DNA of 64,000 bases, taken from contig CAJFNL010000003.1 of NCBI GenBank assembly GCA_904394655.1, positions 8,082-72,081 on the forward strand, written 5' to 3'. The position numbers and the translations under genes are program-made. This DNA is from Candidatus Gallimonas intestinalis (GTDB taxonomy: Bacteria; Bacillota; Clostridia; Christensenellales; Borkfalkiaceae). The notes below the pieces were generated by a model. The model was not told the DNA's origin. It saw only the letters and a list, made by a program, of their open reading frames with translations, and did no database searches. Of this stretch, positions 9,502-19,389 are shown piece by piece. Each line of letters opens with the position of its first letter. The first letter of the stretch is position 1.

Positions 9502-10335
9502 ATGAGCAATATCGGCAATATAACGGTTATCAACAACTATTGCGAAAGCTCGGATATCATGGCGATCAATGCGGGTTTCCAAAAAAAAGCGGATCACTCT
9601 TTCGGACCGTACGTAAATAATTACCATGTTCTGCAATTTGTCCTGAGCGGCAAAGGTACGCTGCAAATCAATACGCAGGAATGGAAATTAAGAGAAAACA
9701 CCCTGTTTTATCTTCCCGCAGGCATTTCCTGCAAATATTTTTCCGATACGGACGACCCGTACGAATACTACTGGATCTCGTTTATCGGAACCAAAGCGCA
9801 GCAAATCGTCCAGAATTGCGGTTTAAGTTCCAAAATGCCCGTCAAACAAATGGAAAATCCCCGAGTTCGCGAACTGTTCGAAGCCATCTTCCGCAGCATC
9901 CGTTCCGACAGCGTCGATTATATCTATAAAATTCTTTCCGACTTGTACCAATTATTTTTTCTCATTTCCGAAACGAATAAGGATAAACTTACCCCGTCCC
10001 GTTCCGTGCTCATCAATAACGCTCTTGCTTATATCAATGCCAACTATCAACTGGGCATTACAGTGGAGGACGTAAGCAAACACCTCTACATGAACCTTTC
10101 TTATTTTTCAGAACTCTTCACGAAAGAAACAGGCGTGAATCCTTCCAAGTATCTCATGAACATCCGCATGTCGAACGCCATGATGTTTTTGCAAAATACC
10201 AACATGACGATCGGCAAAATCGCGCTCGCCGTGGGAATGACTCCCCTCGCATTTACCAACGCATTCAAAAAACGTTACCGTTATACGCCGCAGGAATACC
10301 GCAGAAAAAGCGATAAAACGGTATTTAACGAATAG
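9502..10335 (+). CDS. AraC family transcriptional regulator (cupin sensor + HTH_18)
   Basis: Start moved to MSNIGNITV (AGGGTGA RBS). C-terminal double HTH: ITVEDVSKHLYMNLSYFSELFTKETGVNPSKYLMNIRM...IGKIALAVGMTPLAFTNAFKKRYRYTPQEYRR. Confidence 0.85.
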   Translation: MSNIGNITVINNYCESSDIMAINAGFQKKADHSFGPYVNNYHVLQFVLSGKGTLQINTQEWKLRENTLFYLPAGISCKYFSDTDDPYEYYWISFIGTKAQQIVQNCGLSSKMPVKQMENPRVRELFEAIFRSIRSDSVDYIYKILSDLYQLFFLISETNKDKLTPSRSVLINNALAYINANYQLGITVEDVSKHLYMNLSYFSELFTKETGVNPSKYLMNIRMSNAMMFLQNTNMTIGKIALAVGMTPLAFTNAFKKRYRYTPQEYRRKSDKTVFNE

Positions 10336-10346
10336 GTCATTCCGTC

Positions 10347-10377
10347 AAACAGCCGCAGGAAATTCTGCGGCTGTTTT
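10347..10377 (+). terminator. intrinsic terminator after araC (possibly bidirectional)
   Basis: aaaCAGCCGCAG-gaaatt-CTGCGGCTGtttt. A 9-bp GC stem flanked by an A-tract and a T-tract. Confidence 0.6.
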
Positions 10378-10389
10378 CCCGAATTTCTC

Positions 10390-10413
10390 GCGCGGCTTTT
10401 GCCGCGCTTTTTT
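10390..10413 (+). terminator. second intrinsic terminator hairpin
   Basis: GCGCGGC-tttt-GCCGCGC followed by tttttt. Confidence 0.6.
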
Positions 10414-10429
10414 CATGTTAAGAAGATAT

Positions 10430-13400
10430 TCACGAAACCGGTTCCGTAACCGTTACCTCGCAGGTTGCGGTGATTTCCCCGTAACCGGGCAAAGTGCATT
10501 TTGCCGTAACGATTGCCGTGCCGGCACCTACGAAAGTGAGCGTGCCGTTCGATACGGTTACGACCGCATCGTTACTGCTCTCCCACTGCACTTTGACCTC
10601 TTTCGACGGATATACGGTGTTATTTGTTACGCCGTCCGTCAGCTTCAACGTTGCGGTAAGCGTCTGCTCTGCCGCACCCTCCGCTACGGAAACCGTCGTT
10701 TGATCCAAAGCCAGCTTGGGCGCTAACTCGTCGAGTTTCTGCTGCACCTCGTTGGCGCAGAAGGTAACGTAGCTGTTTGTGAAGCGCAACTGGCGCGTCT
10801 TCCCCTTAGCCTCAAAGCAAGCGATGCCGACCGACCAGCCGTCCTCCGCCGGTTCCAGCGTCTTTTTCTCAGAACCCTTGGTATACGTCAAAATACTTTC
10901 GGAAAAAGTGTACGCCAGTTCGTCCTGAATAAACAGGTAGAACACGCCGTCCCGATAAGCAAGCCCCATTTTCGCGGCTTTTTCGTTTGAAACTTCGATT
11001 TTTTTATTTAACGCCTCAGGCAACCACGTATAGTTCGTCCCTCCCCATGTATAAAGGAAATTGATGGCGATCCATTGATTGTCGGAATACAAATAAAGCT
11101 GAACGCTGTCGCCGTCCTTTCCCTTTATGGTAAAGCCCGCGCTTATATCCGTTTGTGCCCCGTTGAGCGACGTGATTTCCGTAGAGACGTAGAACGTATT
11201 CCCCTGTCCCTTGGCATAGGCATAGCGTCCCCCGTCGCCGTCCCCCGTCTTAAAGTCGATCGTGCCGTCGTCGTTATACGTAGCTTTCGACGAAAGTTCA
11301 CCGTTAAAGAGATACGTTCCCGTAACCGTTACGGAGCACGACGTACGGAGCGTTCCGTCTTCATAGGGATAGCTTACGTTAATCGTGGCGGTACCGAGTC
11401 CCTTGAACGTTACGACGCCTCCAGCGACGGTTGCAACCGTTTCGTCGCTGCTCGACCAAGTAATCGAAGCAGGATTAATGTCCCCTAACTCGGGACCGGT
11501 CTGCCCTTCCGCATAATTCCACGAGAGCGTGAGCTTCTCGGGAGCCGCCTTTTCATTTGCGGCGCTGATTTCCGACTTGTTCAACGAAAGTTCGACATTC
11601 GGCTTTTTCTCTACGGTAACTTCGCATTCTGCGGTAAGCGTCTTGCCGAAGAATACATACTTTGCGGTAATCGTAGCATTACCGACGCCGACAAAGGTAA
11701 CCGTACCGTTCTCGACGGTTGCAACTGCATTATCGCTACTTTCCCATACAATCGCCGAATCGTCGATATTGCATGCCGTAAGACTCCAGCCGAGCGTCAA
11801 CGTTTGCGTTTCGGCGCCCTCGATTACCGTAACGGAAGTCTTGCTCAGCAAAAGCTCGGGCAGATGCGCCTCGACTTTTTTTGTTGCTTCCGCAGCATCG
11901 AACGTTACGTAACTATCTGTAAAGCGCGGTTTGTGGGTGTACCAGGACGCAAGACCGATCGTCCAACCTTTGTCACCAATTTCAATTTGTTTATTTTCGC
12001 TGTTATAGACGTAGGTCAGCGCGGACGTCGTAAAGAAGTGGACGAGTTCATCATTAAGATAAAGATAGAACGTTCCGTCAAGATACGAAAGTCCCATCGT
12101 TACAGACGACGTATCGGAAATTTCATACTTTTTGGGCAAGGTCACCATCGTTTTCGTGGTATTTTCCGTAGGGCTCTCCGTCCACCGATGAAGGAAATTG
12201 ACTTTTATCGTACTATTCGATAGATAGAGTTGGAAGCTGTCGCCATTCTTACCCTTTACGGTAATGCCTGCGCTAATATCGTTATCCTTTCCGTTCGGCG
12301 CGGAAATGGTCGTTTCAGCCCAAAATGCCGTGCCGCTACCCTTTGCGTAGGTATAGTTCGGATTCCAACCTCCGCCGTTCGTCATGTCGATCGAACCGTT
12401 ATCGTTGAATGTTGCATTCTTGCTGTCTTCTTTGAAGAGATACGTTCCTGTTACCGTAACGGAGCACGTTGCCCGAACCGGTCTTCCTTGATACGTACAT
12501 CTTGCCGTAATCGTCGTACTGCCGATTCCCGTAAAGGTTACTACGCCGTTTGCAACGGTTGCAACCGTCTCGTCTCCGCTCTCCCATACGATTGCGGACG
12601 CATCGAGCGTTTCATCTGCCGCGTCCCAGCTTGCGGTGAGCGTTACCGAAGCTGCCTTCTCGTTAGCAGCCGTGATTTTCGTTTTGTTCAAATTGAGCGT
12701 TACGTTAGCGGGCTCTTGTACGGTGACCGTACACTTCGCGGAAAGCGTTACGCCGAGGAACCGATAGGTCGCCGTGATTTCCGTCTCGCCCGCCGCGACA
12801 AAGGTAACCGTGCCGTTTTCGACGGTGGCAACCGCTTTGTTGCTGCTATCCCAAACAATTTTGGCTGCATCGAGCTTGACAAAGGGGCTATTCCAGCTTG
12901 CGGTAAGCGATTCCTCCTTGTCATCCTTGAATACCGTTAAAGAATTTTTGTTGAGCGAAAGTTTTGGAAGGCGCGCTTCGATCAGAGTCTTTGCGGCGTC
13001 TCCGCAAGCAAACTCTTTTGAGTCGAACTTGGCGGTATGCTTATATCTCCACTGTGCAATACCCAAATCGAACACCGTCGTTTCCGCAAGCACGCCCGGC
13101 TCGTTGCCCGCGCCCGTAAGCTCTTCCACGGGAAGAACAAACATCAGCTTTTCGTTGCTGTAAATCGCAACGTTCCCGTTGAACACGATCATTTCAAAGA
13201 CATTGCTCTGAGCATCGGTGGGCACTTCCGCCGCGTTCTCTACGACCCAGCGCGTCGAATCGTTATCTTCCCAATGGTAAGAGTTATTCTGAGCAAGCCA
13301 GCCCCCCTTAGAAGATCCGCTGAAATAAAACTGCACGTTCTTGGAATGGTTGCGCGCGTCCGCCAGCGTGAAGCCCGCGCTGATATCCATATCGCCGCTC

Positions 13401-14359
13401 TCTTTTAAGTTATCGACTTGCACTTTCGCGTAAAAGGTATCGGACGAACCCGTATAGTACAGATACGATGCGCTCTCTCCCCATTTGGTGGTCGCTTCCG
13501 TTTGGAAGCAGCCGTCCTTTGCGGTAAAATTGGCGTTGGGTTTTGCGGTATTGAATACAGCGTCGGCAGAAACTCCTTCCCGGATGAGCGCCTCATCCTT
13601 CATGCCAAGCAGCTCTTCTTTGGTAAAAGTTCCCTTCGAGGTAACCCCGCCGACATTCCAGAAATAATATTTACCATCTTCATCGGCGGTGGGCGCGAAC
13701 TCCTCGGAAATATTTGCTTCCGCACCCTGCTCGTTTACGATCAGCCCCTTCTCCTCGTAAACGCGGTAGAAGGAAGCAACGTTGTCTACGCGGACAAGAT
13801 ATAGATTCTTATAGGGAAGCGCGTAATAAATTTTCAACGTCGTCGTGCCGTCTGCGGAAACGGTTGCGGAAAGCACGCTGTTTTCTTTATCGACGATCAG
13901 CCCTTCGCGCGCGGCGGGCGATTCCGTAACGGTCGCGCCGATTGCCGCACTCTTTGACGTTTCCCCTTCCTTTTCAAAAGAAAGGTCGTCCTTCTGCACA
14001 TACGTTTCCACCTTGTAGGCGGCTGTCGGCGCAGGAGAAACCGTTACCGCGCAGGTTGCCGTCCTTTCCTCGCCGCCTTTCACGGCGGTTACGGTTACGG
14101 TACAGGTACCCGCGGCAACCGCAACGACCTCGCCCTCTCCGCTTACCGTAGCGACGGCGGCGTTGTCGGACGACCAGGAAAGCTCCGCGCCTTCCGCGTC
14201 GCATTCGGCGATTAGTGTTTCGCTTTCCCCCGCTTTGAGGGTAAGCTCGTTTTTATTCAGCGTGATCTTCCAGCCGCTGCACGCCGCCAGAAGGCAACAG
14301 GCAAGGGCAACGGAAAGAACGACAGCCAAATAAATTTTCCATTGTTTGATGCGTTTCAT
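10430..14359 (-). CDS. large cell-surface lipoprotein with multiple Big_2 (bacterial Ig-like group 2) domains and three ~190-aa beta-sandwich modules
   Basis: 1309 aa. Lipobox LLAAC at Cys27. Six Big_2-like units (for example WSSDNAAVATVSGEGEVVAVAAGTCTVTVTA and WESSDNAVATVENGTVTFVGVGNATITAK). Recurrent module with DISAGFT/DISAGIT and GLSYLDGTFYLYLNDELV / GLAYRDGVFYLFIQDELA. Confidence 0.8.
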   Translation of the reverse strand: MKRIKQWKIYLAVVLSVALACCLLAACSGWKITLNKNELTLKAGESETLIAECDAEGAELSWSSDNAAVATVSGEGEVVAVAAGTCTVTVTAVKGGEERTATCAVTVSPAPTAAYKVETYVQKDDLSFEKEGETSKSAAIGATVTESPAAREGLIVDKENSVLSATVSADGTTTLKIYYALPYKNLYLVRVDNVASFYRVYEEKGLIVNEQGAEANISEEFAPTADEDGKYYFWNVGGVTSKGTFTKEELLGMKDEALIREGVSADAVFNTAKPNANFTAKDGCFQTEATTKWGESASYLYYTGSSDTFYAKVQVDNLKESGDMDISAGFTLADARNHSKNVQFYFSGSSKGGWLAQNNSYHWEDNDSTRWVVENAAEVPTDAQSNVFEMIVFNGNVAIYSNEKLMFVLPVEELTGAGNEPGVLAETTVFDLGIAQWRYKHTAKFDSKEFACGDAAKTLIEARLPKLSLNKNSLTVFKDDKEESLTASWNSPFVKLDAAKIVWDSSNKAVATVENGTVTFVAAGETEITATYRFLGVTLSAKCTVTVQEPANVTLNLNKTKITAANEKAASVTLTASWDAADETLDASAIVWESGDETVATVANGVVTFTGIGSTTITARCTYQGRPVRATCSVTVTGTYLFKEDSKNATFNDNGSIDMTNGGGWNPNYTYAKGSGTAFWAETTISAPNGKDNDISAGITVKGKNGDSFQLYLSNSTIKVNFLHRWTESPTENTTKTMVTLPKKYEISDTSSVTMGLSYLDGTFYLYLNDELVHFFTTSALTYVYNSENKQIEIGDKGWTIGLASWYTHKPRFTDSYVTFDAAEATKKVEAHLPELLLSKTSVTVIEGAETQTLTLGWSLTACNIDDSAIVWESSDNAVATVENGTVTFVGVGNATITAKYVFFGKTLTAECEVTVEKKPNVELSLNKSEISAANEKAAPEKLTLSWNYAEGQTGPELGDINPASITWSSSDETVATVAGGVVTFKGLGTATINVSYPYEDGTLRTSCSVTVTGTYLFNGELSSKATYNDDGTIDFKTGDGDGGRYAYAKGQGNTFYVSTEITSLNGAQTDISAGFTIKGKDGDSVQLYLYSDNQWIAINFLYTWGGTNYTWLPEALNKKIEVSNEKAAKMGLAYRDGVFYLFIQDELAYTFSESILTYTKGSEKKTLEPAEDGWSVGIACFEAKGKTRQLRFTNSYVTFCANEVQQKLDELAPKLALDQTTVSVAEGAAEQTLTATLKLTDGVTNNTVYPSKEVKVQWESSNDAVVTVSNGTLTFVGAGTAIVTAKCTLPGYGEITATCEVTVTEPVS
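10715..12961 (-). repeat. in-frame tandem duplication inside the 1309-aa gene (two ~1.1-kb copies, 11855-12961 and 10715-11854)
   Basis: Residues ~467-835 and ~836-1215 align colinearly as Big_2 / Big_2 / beta-sandwich, each ending in the linker (A/E)xLP(K/E)L. A diverged single beta-sandwich copy lies at residues ~285-466. Confidence 0.7.
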
Positions 14360-14383
14360 GTAATTCCCTCCTTATCGAATTTT

Positions 14384-15766
14384 TCATTCAATCGTAATCC
14401 CGTATTCGTTTGCAAGCTGAAGAAGCTCTATGTCGGACGAATACGCCGAAGCGGCATAATCGCTGAACACAGCGTTTGCCTTATCTACATAGAAGCCCGC
14501 GTATACGTTGTACATAAAATCATTCTGCGTCGTTTCGAACGCCTTCTCCCCGTTCACGTAGTAGGTGAGCATTGCGCCGTTCTTGACGAGCGCAAGATCC
14601 ACCGTTTGCATCGGCTCGGAAATCGAAATCGGCGAGACCTCGGATGTGTTCGGACTCGGAGACGTTCCCGACACGCGGTAGGTTCTGGTCGTGAAAGTCA
14701 GCTTATTTTCAAACTTTCCGTTTTTCAGATTTCTGTGGTCTATCATGAACGAATAATAGTTCTGTAAGCTGTCCATCACCATCAATCCGGCTCTGGGCTC
14801 GATGTCGCAGCTCGCAAGCGTTCCTTTCAGCTCCACCGTCGCTTTCATGATAAACTTATCCGCATACAGATCGCGGAAGAAGATGAACTGCCACATTGCG
14901 CCCTTACTTTCCACGATTTTCTCGCTCTCGCGCGAGACGTCCCAGTTTGCGGATTTTGCAAAACCGCTCGGCGCATCTCCTACGATCGCGTCGGGAGCAT
15001 CCGCGCTTGTATAGCCGTCGGCATCGAAGCGGTAAAACGCAGGCGTATAGATCCAAGGGAAGGGCCAAAGGTTGGTGCGCGAAATTGTGGAATTTCCCGG
15101 CATAAACGCTCTGTATATCGGCAGAATATTGACGTATTCCGGCGTCCCTTCCGTCGTGTCGATTCCAAGCGCAGAATAAGGAATAAACATCTCGAAGGAA
15201 GCGCCCTTCGTGTCGCCGCTGTTCGGCTCTCCGTCGAGGTGCACGGCGGCAAGCGCGCTCATGCCCGTAGTGGAGAGTACGTTACCGTTCACGTCCACAT
15301 GAAAACACTGGCGGATAGAGGCGGATTGCGCTTTGTTCTGATCGGCTCCGTGCGGCAAACAGAAAAAGTATAATTCCCATCCCGTATTGCGCTCGGGAGC
15401 AAACGAACCGTAATCGTTATAGCGGCGGATATTGGTATCCTTCGCCTCCGCGCCAATCCATACGCCCTTTTCCGTGGGAAACGCCGTCATACGGTAGTGT
15501 GCGTATTGATTTCCCGTAGTATCCTCGTTAAAGCCCGAGGAGTAATATGCTTTATCCTGCCATGCCTCGTCGTCCAGCACGCCGTCCACGACGACGTTCC
15601 CGTCCGGCTCGCCCAAAGCGGTAACGTCGTAGCTCAGGCGATAATTGAATTGCGGATTGTTTTCTGCTTCGCTTAAATTTTCCTCTTCCGATCCGCCGCA
15701 TCCCGCCAGGGAAAGCGCCGCAAACCCTGCGGCAAGCACGAGCGGCAGCCATTTCCTCATTTTCAT
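14384..15766 (-). CDS. lipoprotein with CBM9/DOMON-like carbohydrate-binding N-domain and a C-terminal beta-sandwich domain
   Basis: 460 aa. Lipobox LSLAGC. VVDGVLDDEAWQDKAYY is the typical opening of CBM9-like modules. The C-terminal part (FIMKATVELKG...VDLALVKNGAMLTYYVNGEKA...AVFSDYAAS) resembles the repeated module of the neighbouring 1309-aa protein. Confidence 0.55.
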   Translation of the reverse strand: MKMRKWLPLVLAAGFAALSLAGCGGSEEENLSEAENNPQFNYRLSYDVTALGEPDGNVVVDGVLDDEAWQDKAYYSSGFNEDTTGNQYAHYRMTAFPTEKGVWIGAEAKDTNIRRYNDYGSFAPERNTGWELYFFCLPHGADQNKAQSASIRQCFHVDVNGNVLSTTGMSALAAVHLDGEPNSGDTKGASFEMFIPYSALGIDTTEGTPEYVNILPIYRAFMPGNSTISRTNLWPFPWIYTPAFYRFDADGYTSADAPDAIVGDAPSGFAKSANWDVSRESEKIVESKGAMWQFIFFRDLYADKFIMKATVELKGTLASCDIEPRAGLMVMDSLQNYYSFMIDHRNLKNGKFENKLTFTTRTYRVSGTSPSPNTSEVSPISISEPMQTVDLALVKNGAMLTYYVNGEKAFETTQNDFMYNVYAGFYVDKANAVFSDYAASAYSSDIELLQLANEYGITIE

Positions 15767-15767
15767 A

Positions 15768-17579
15768 TTAGCCCTCCTTTCCGAGACACACGATCTCGGG
15801 AATGCGTATTTCGGTGGAAGGTTCCCCGAAGGCGTCGAACTCTTCGTATTTTTCGCCGAGCGTTATTACGATTTTGTTCACCTTTACGCTTTCGAACTGC
15901 GCGACGCAGGCAGAGCCCCACATGATCGCGGTTTCGTATATAAGCTCATCGGGGAAGGGAATATTTTGAATAGACCCGTACGTATATTCTTTACTTGCCC
16001 AACTCGGTTTTTCAGCAAAATACAAGCGAATGCTTTTTATGTTTTTAAAGGCATAATCGTATTCTTTGGTATTGTAAATCATAACTGCGCTGAGCGGTAC
16101 AGGCTTGTTCCATTCGAACGTTACGCTCGCCCCCGTTTCGCCTTTCCAATACCAATCGGCGGAAAAATTATAATAGGGAACGATTCCGTCCTTCAAATAT
16201 TTACCGCCTTCACCGCCCGACACGGTGATCGCAGCGTCTTTGGCGTAGTTGTGATAACCGCTGATCGCTTCGGGAAGAGGTTGAAGCGAATAACTGGGTC
16301 CGTTGGAGGTAAGTACCTCTTCTCCCTTGCCGTTCTTTGTAAACACCAGATTATCGATGCCGACGATACGCGTCCATCCGAGCCCGTAAAGATCGGGGTT
16401 CGCCATGCGCGCATATACGATTACGTAATCCTCCCCCGTCTTCACGATGCAGTGATGCCCCGTACCCGATACGTAGGGAACGTACGATGCAAGAACGGGA
16501 TTCCCGTCGGTGATCAAGGGCTTTACGAAATCGCCGAGCGGCTTATCGGAAATGGCTTGGTGCACCGAATAAGCAGGGTTCCTGTAACCGTTGCCCGAAT
16601 AGGTCAAATAATATCTTCCGTTATGCTTTACCATAAACGGCGCTTCGTTAATTGAGCCTTCGGAGAAACTGTACTTATCCCCGAGGCTTACGACCTTCGG
16701 CTTACCTTCCACCAAGCCGCCCTCTACGCTCACCACGTTGGGCATGGTGACGGCTTTAAGCGATTGATAATCGGGCGTTACGAAATCGCGCATCCGAATC
16801 CCCCACGTACCCATAAGCCCCGGGGTTTCGGGATTTCGGTCGGTATGCTTATTGAAGTAAAGATACAGCGTGCCGTCGTCGTCCAAAAAGGGACTAGCGT
16901 CGATGACGGAAAATACGTCCGTCAAGCCGTACGCCCTTTGAAAGTCGATGGGCGGGCGTTCGTTGGTTACAAGCCTTTTATCGGCGTCGAACACTGCTTT
17001 TTCCGCGCCGAGGATGCGGAAGGAAAGAGGCGTGTCTCCGACGGCGATGCCGAGATACAAACGGTCGAAATTCTCTCCGTCTCCGCTCACCGTTGTTGCA
17101 GGGCGCGCGCTCGCGCTGAAGTACATATAATACTTTCCGTCCTTCGGATTGCGAATCACCTCCGGAGCCCACTGCGTTACTTCGTCCAAGCTCATCCAGT
17201 CTTCCGGCGTTACTTTAAGGGAATACCCCTGCTCATAGCCGCCCGCAAGACTCCATTCGGAAAGATTCTTGGAACGGTAGCATTGAAAGGCGTACAACTC
17301 TCCGCCGCGGTTTCCGGAAGCCCCCGTGCTGTACATATAATACCAGCCGCCGTATTCCTTGCTCTCCTCTTCGGAAACGTAAATCACGCCCGGATCGGCA
17401 ATCGACGTTTCGTTGGCGTTTTTAAAAAACATGTCCCTATCATATAAGGTTGTATTTTGCTTTCCTCCATCGGCGTAATTCATCTTAACGCCCGTCTCCG
17501 CACCGCCGCAACCTACGATGAGACACGAACACATGATCCCCGCAACGAAAAGCCCTGCAATTTGCAAAAACTTTCTCAT
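15768..17579 (-). CDS. glycoside hydrolase family 43 lipoprotein with C-terminal beta-sandwich (discoidin/CBM32-like) domain
   Basis: 603 aa. Lipobox LIVGC. GH43 motifs IADPGVIYV, TQWAPEVIRNPKDGKYYMYFSAS and INEAPFMVKHNGRYYLTYSGNGY. A ~150-aa C-terminal extension follows. Confidence 0.8.
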   Translation of the reverse strand: MRKFLQIAGLFVAGIMCSCLIVGCGGAETGVKMNYADGGKQNTTLYDRDMFFKNANETSIADPGVIYVSEEESKEYGGWYYMYSTGASGNRGGELYAFQCYRSKNLSEWSLAGGYEQGYSLKVTPEDWMSLDEVTQWAPEVIRNPKDGKYYMYFSASARPATTVSGDGENFDRLYLGIAVGDTPLSFRILGAEKAVFDADKRLVTNERPPIDFQRAYGLTDVFSVIDASPFLDDDGTLYLYFNKHTDRNPETPGLMGTWGIRMRDFVTPDYQSLKAVTMPNVVSVEGGLVEGKPKVVSLGDKYSFSEGSINEAPFMVKHNGRYYLTYSGNGYRNPAYSVHQAISDKPLGDFVKPLITDGNPVLASYVPYVSGTGHHCIVKTGEDYVIVYARMANPDLYGLGWTRIVGIDNLVFTKNGKGEEVLTSNGPSYSLQPLPEAISGYHNYAKDAAITVSGGEGGKYLKDGIVPYYNFSADWYWKGETGASVTFEWNKPVPLSAVMIYNTKEYDYAFKNIKSIRLYFAEKPSWASKEYTYGSIQNIPFPDELIYETAIMWGSACVAQFESVKVNKIVITLGEKYEEFDAFGEPSTEIRIPEIVCLGKEG

Positions 17580-17605
17580 ATAACCTCCTTATCTCATTCC
17601 GTCAC

Positions 17606-19375
17606 TTATCTTTTATAATTAGCGAGCGCTTTATTGGTCTCCTGCGTATAGCTTGCAAAAAATTCTTCTATCGTCATGGTTCCGTTTCTCACCCTTCCGT
17701 TTAAGGGATCCGACCAAGTATTGATCCAATCTCTATCGGGCATATACCACCAGTCGCCAGGCTGCGTGTGAGAGTTCAGTTCCAGCAGAACAGGCGCGTT
17801 GGGATACGCCGTCTTTTCGGCAAACAGCGCCGCATCGTCGATATTCGAGGAAAGATAACCGTTTTCCGCTAATAACTTTTGTCCCTCGCCAGCGACCCAT
17901 TTCACGAACTTCCACGCTTTATCCTTCATTTTACTGTTCTTATTGATTGCAACGCCGTAACCCAACGAATGCGCCGCCGACTTGCCCTGTACGGCTACCG
18001 TTCCGTCGGGATTATATGTCTTATATACGGGAAGCGGGGCGACGCTCCATTGGTTGTTCCGCTGATTCATAGCCTTGTCGATATCCGAAATGTACTTCAT
18101 GTACTCCACGCAGAAGGCAAGACGCCCGCTGCAGAAGAAGTTTGTGGCACTGGATATTTCCGAAGGCTTGGGGCACACGTTCAACCCGTCTGCCCCCGCA
18201 AGCATGACGAATCTCGAAAATGCTTCCTTGGTAGAAGGCAATTCGGCAAGTTCGCCCGCCGCCGCTTTTTGCGCCACTTCCGCGCGGATCTGAACGTTGG
18301 TGTTGTTTACGGTAAAGGTGTTATCGTCGTTCGCGACGATCGTGTCGCCCTTGTTTACGTCGAGCTTATCGAGGAAGGAAAGTGTTTCTCCCTTCTGATA
18401 TACTTTGCCCGAGTAAACGCCCGTATACGTTCCCTGTTGCACGATATAGTTGGCGGTTGCGTCGGGGAGCGTATATTTCCAATCGCCGTTTCCACTGATA
18501 TCCTGCACGCAGTCGCCGCCGACCGACCAGCCGTAAGCAAACCACCATTCGCTGTAATAGCCGTAATCCGTCGGAGAAGCGCTGTTTTTGCTCTTCGTCA
18601 TGACCATACCGACGTCTTCCGCTTCATCCCAGTTCATGGCGATTTTGTCGTTAAAAATCATCAGCTCGCCGCTTGCAGGAGATTGCCAGCTTGCGCCGTT
18701 CGTTTCATTAGCGGGCTTTACATAAGGAGTTTCCCTGTAAAAACCTTTTGCCGGGACGGAAAACGAAGCTTCTATCCCGTAATCGGATTTCGATTTTCCG
18801 AAGCCGTCCTTCAGCGTTCCCGCATTAAACGCCGCAAGATCTTTTTCTTCCACACTGATACATTTCACGCCCGCCTGTTCGAGCAGCGTCTTATTGTAAT
18901 ACATTACACTGATGCCGTTTACGGCAGGATAGGCATAAAGCGGATCGCCCGCATTGGACGTATTCGACTGAATGTTATAACGGTATCTGCTTAACTGATT
19001 TTCGTTGACCTGTGCAGAGAGCTCCGCTGCCCCCTCAAAGCCGTCGAGAGGTTCGAGAAAAGACGAGTATTTCTTGAAATATTCGTCGCGCACACAGAAA
19101 ACGTCGTAAGAATTCGAGTCGTATACGGAAGTATTCATCTTGGTGTCATAGCCGTCGTCCGCAACCTTTGCGGAACGAATCTGAATGTTATCCTCTTTTC
19201 CCTGACCCTCGTTGTAAGCGTCAATCAACAGGGCGAACTGTTCGCCCATGGCGCCGTCGCCGGTGTACAAAAAGGAAACGCGAGCCCTTCCTCCGGCGCC
19301 TCCGCCGCCTGCACATCCCGCCATGACGGACGCCGCAAGCAACGCGGAAACCGCAACAGCAAATTTCTTTTTCAT
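17606..19375 (-). CDS. ABC transporter extracellular solute-binding lipoprotein (large, ~590 aa)
   Basis: Start moved to MKKKFAVAVSALLAASVMAGCAGGGG (AAAGGAGG RBS, lipobox MAGC). Family-1 sugar SBP-like sequence. Confidence 0.85.
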   Translation of the reverse strand: MKKKFAVAVSALLAASVMAGCAGGGGAGGRARVSFLYTGDGAMGEQFALLIDAYNEGQGKEDNIQIRSAKVADDGYDTKMNTSVYDSNSYDVFCVRDEYFKKYSSFLEPLDGFEGAAELSAQVNENQLSRYRYNIQSNTSNAGDPLYAYPAVNGISVMYYNKTLLEQAGVKCISVEEKDLAAFNAGTLKDGFGKSKSDYGIEASFSVPAKGFYRETPYVKPANETNGASWQSPASGELMIFNDKIAMNWDEAEDVGMVMTKSKNSASPTDYGYYSEWWFAYGWSVGGDCVQDISGNGDWKYTLPDATANYIVQQGTYTGVYSGKVYQKGETLSFLDKLDVNKGDTIVANDDNTFTVNNTNVQIRAEVAQKAAAGELAELPSTKEAFSRFVMLAGADGLNVCPKPSEISSATNFFCSGRLAFCVEYMKYISDIDKAMNQRNNQWSVAPLPVYKTYNPDGTVAVQGKSAAHSLGYGVAINKNSKMKDKAWKFVKWVAGEGQKLLAENGYLSSNIDDAALFAEKTAYPNAPVLLELNSHTQPGDWWYMPDRDWINTWSDPLNGRVRNGTMTIEEFFASYTQETNKALANYKR

Positions 19376-19389
19376 ATCAATTCCTCCTT

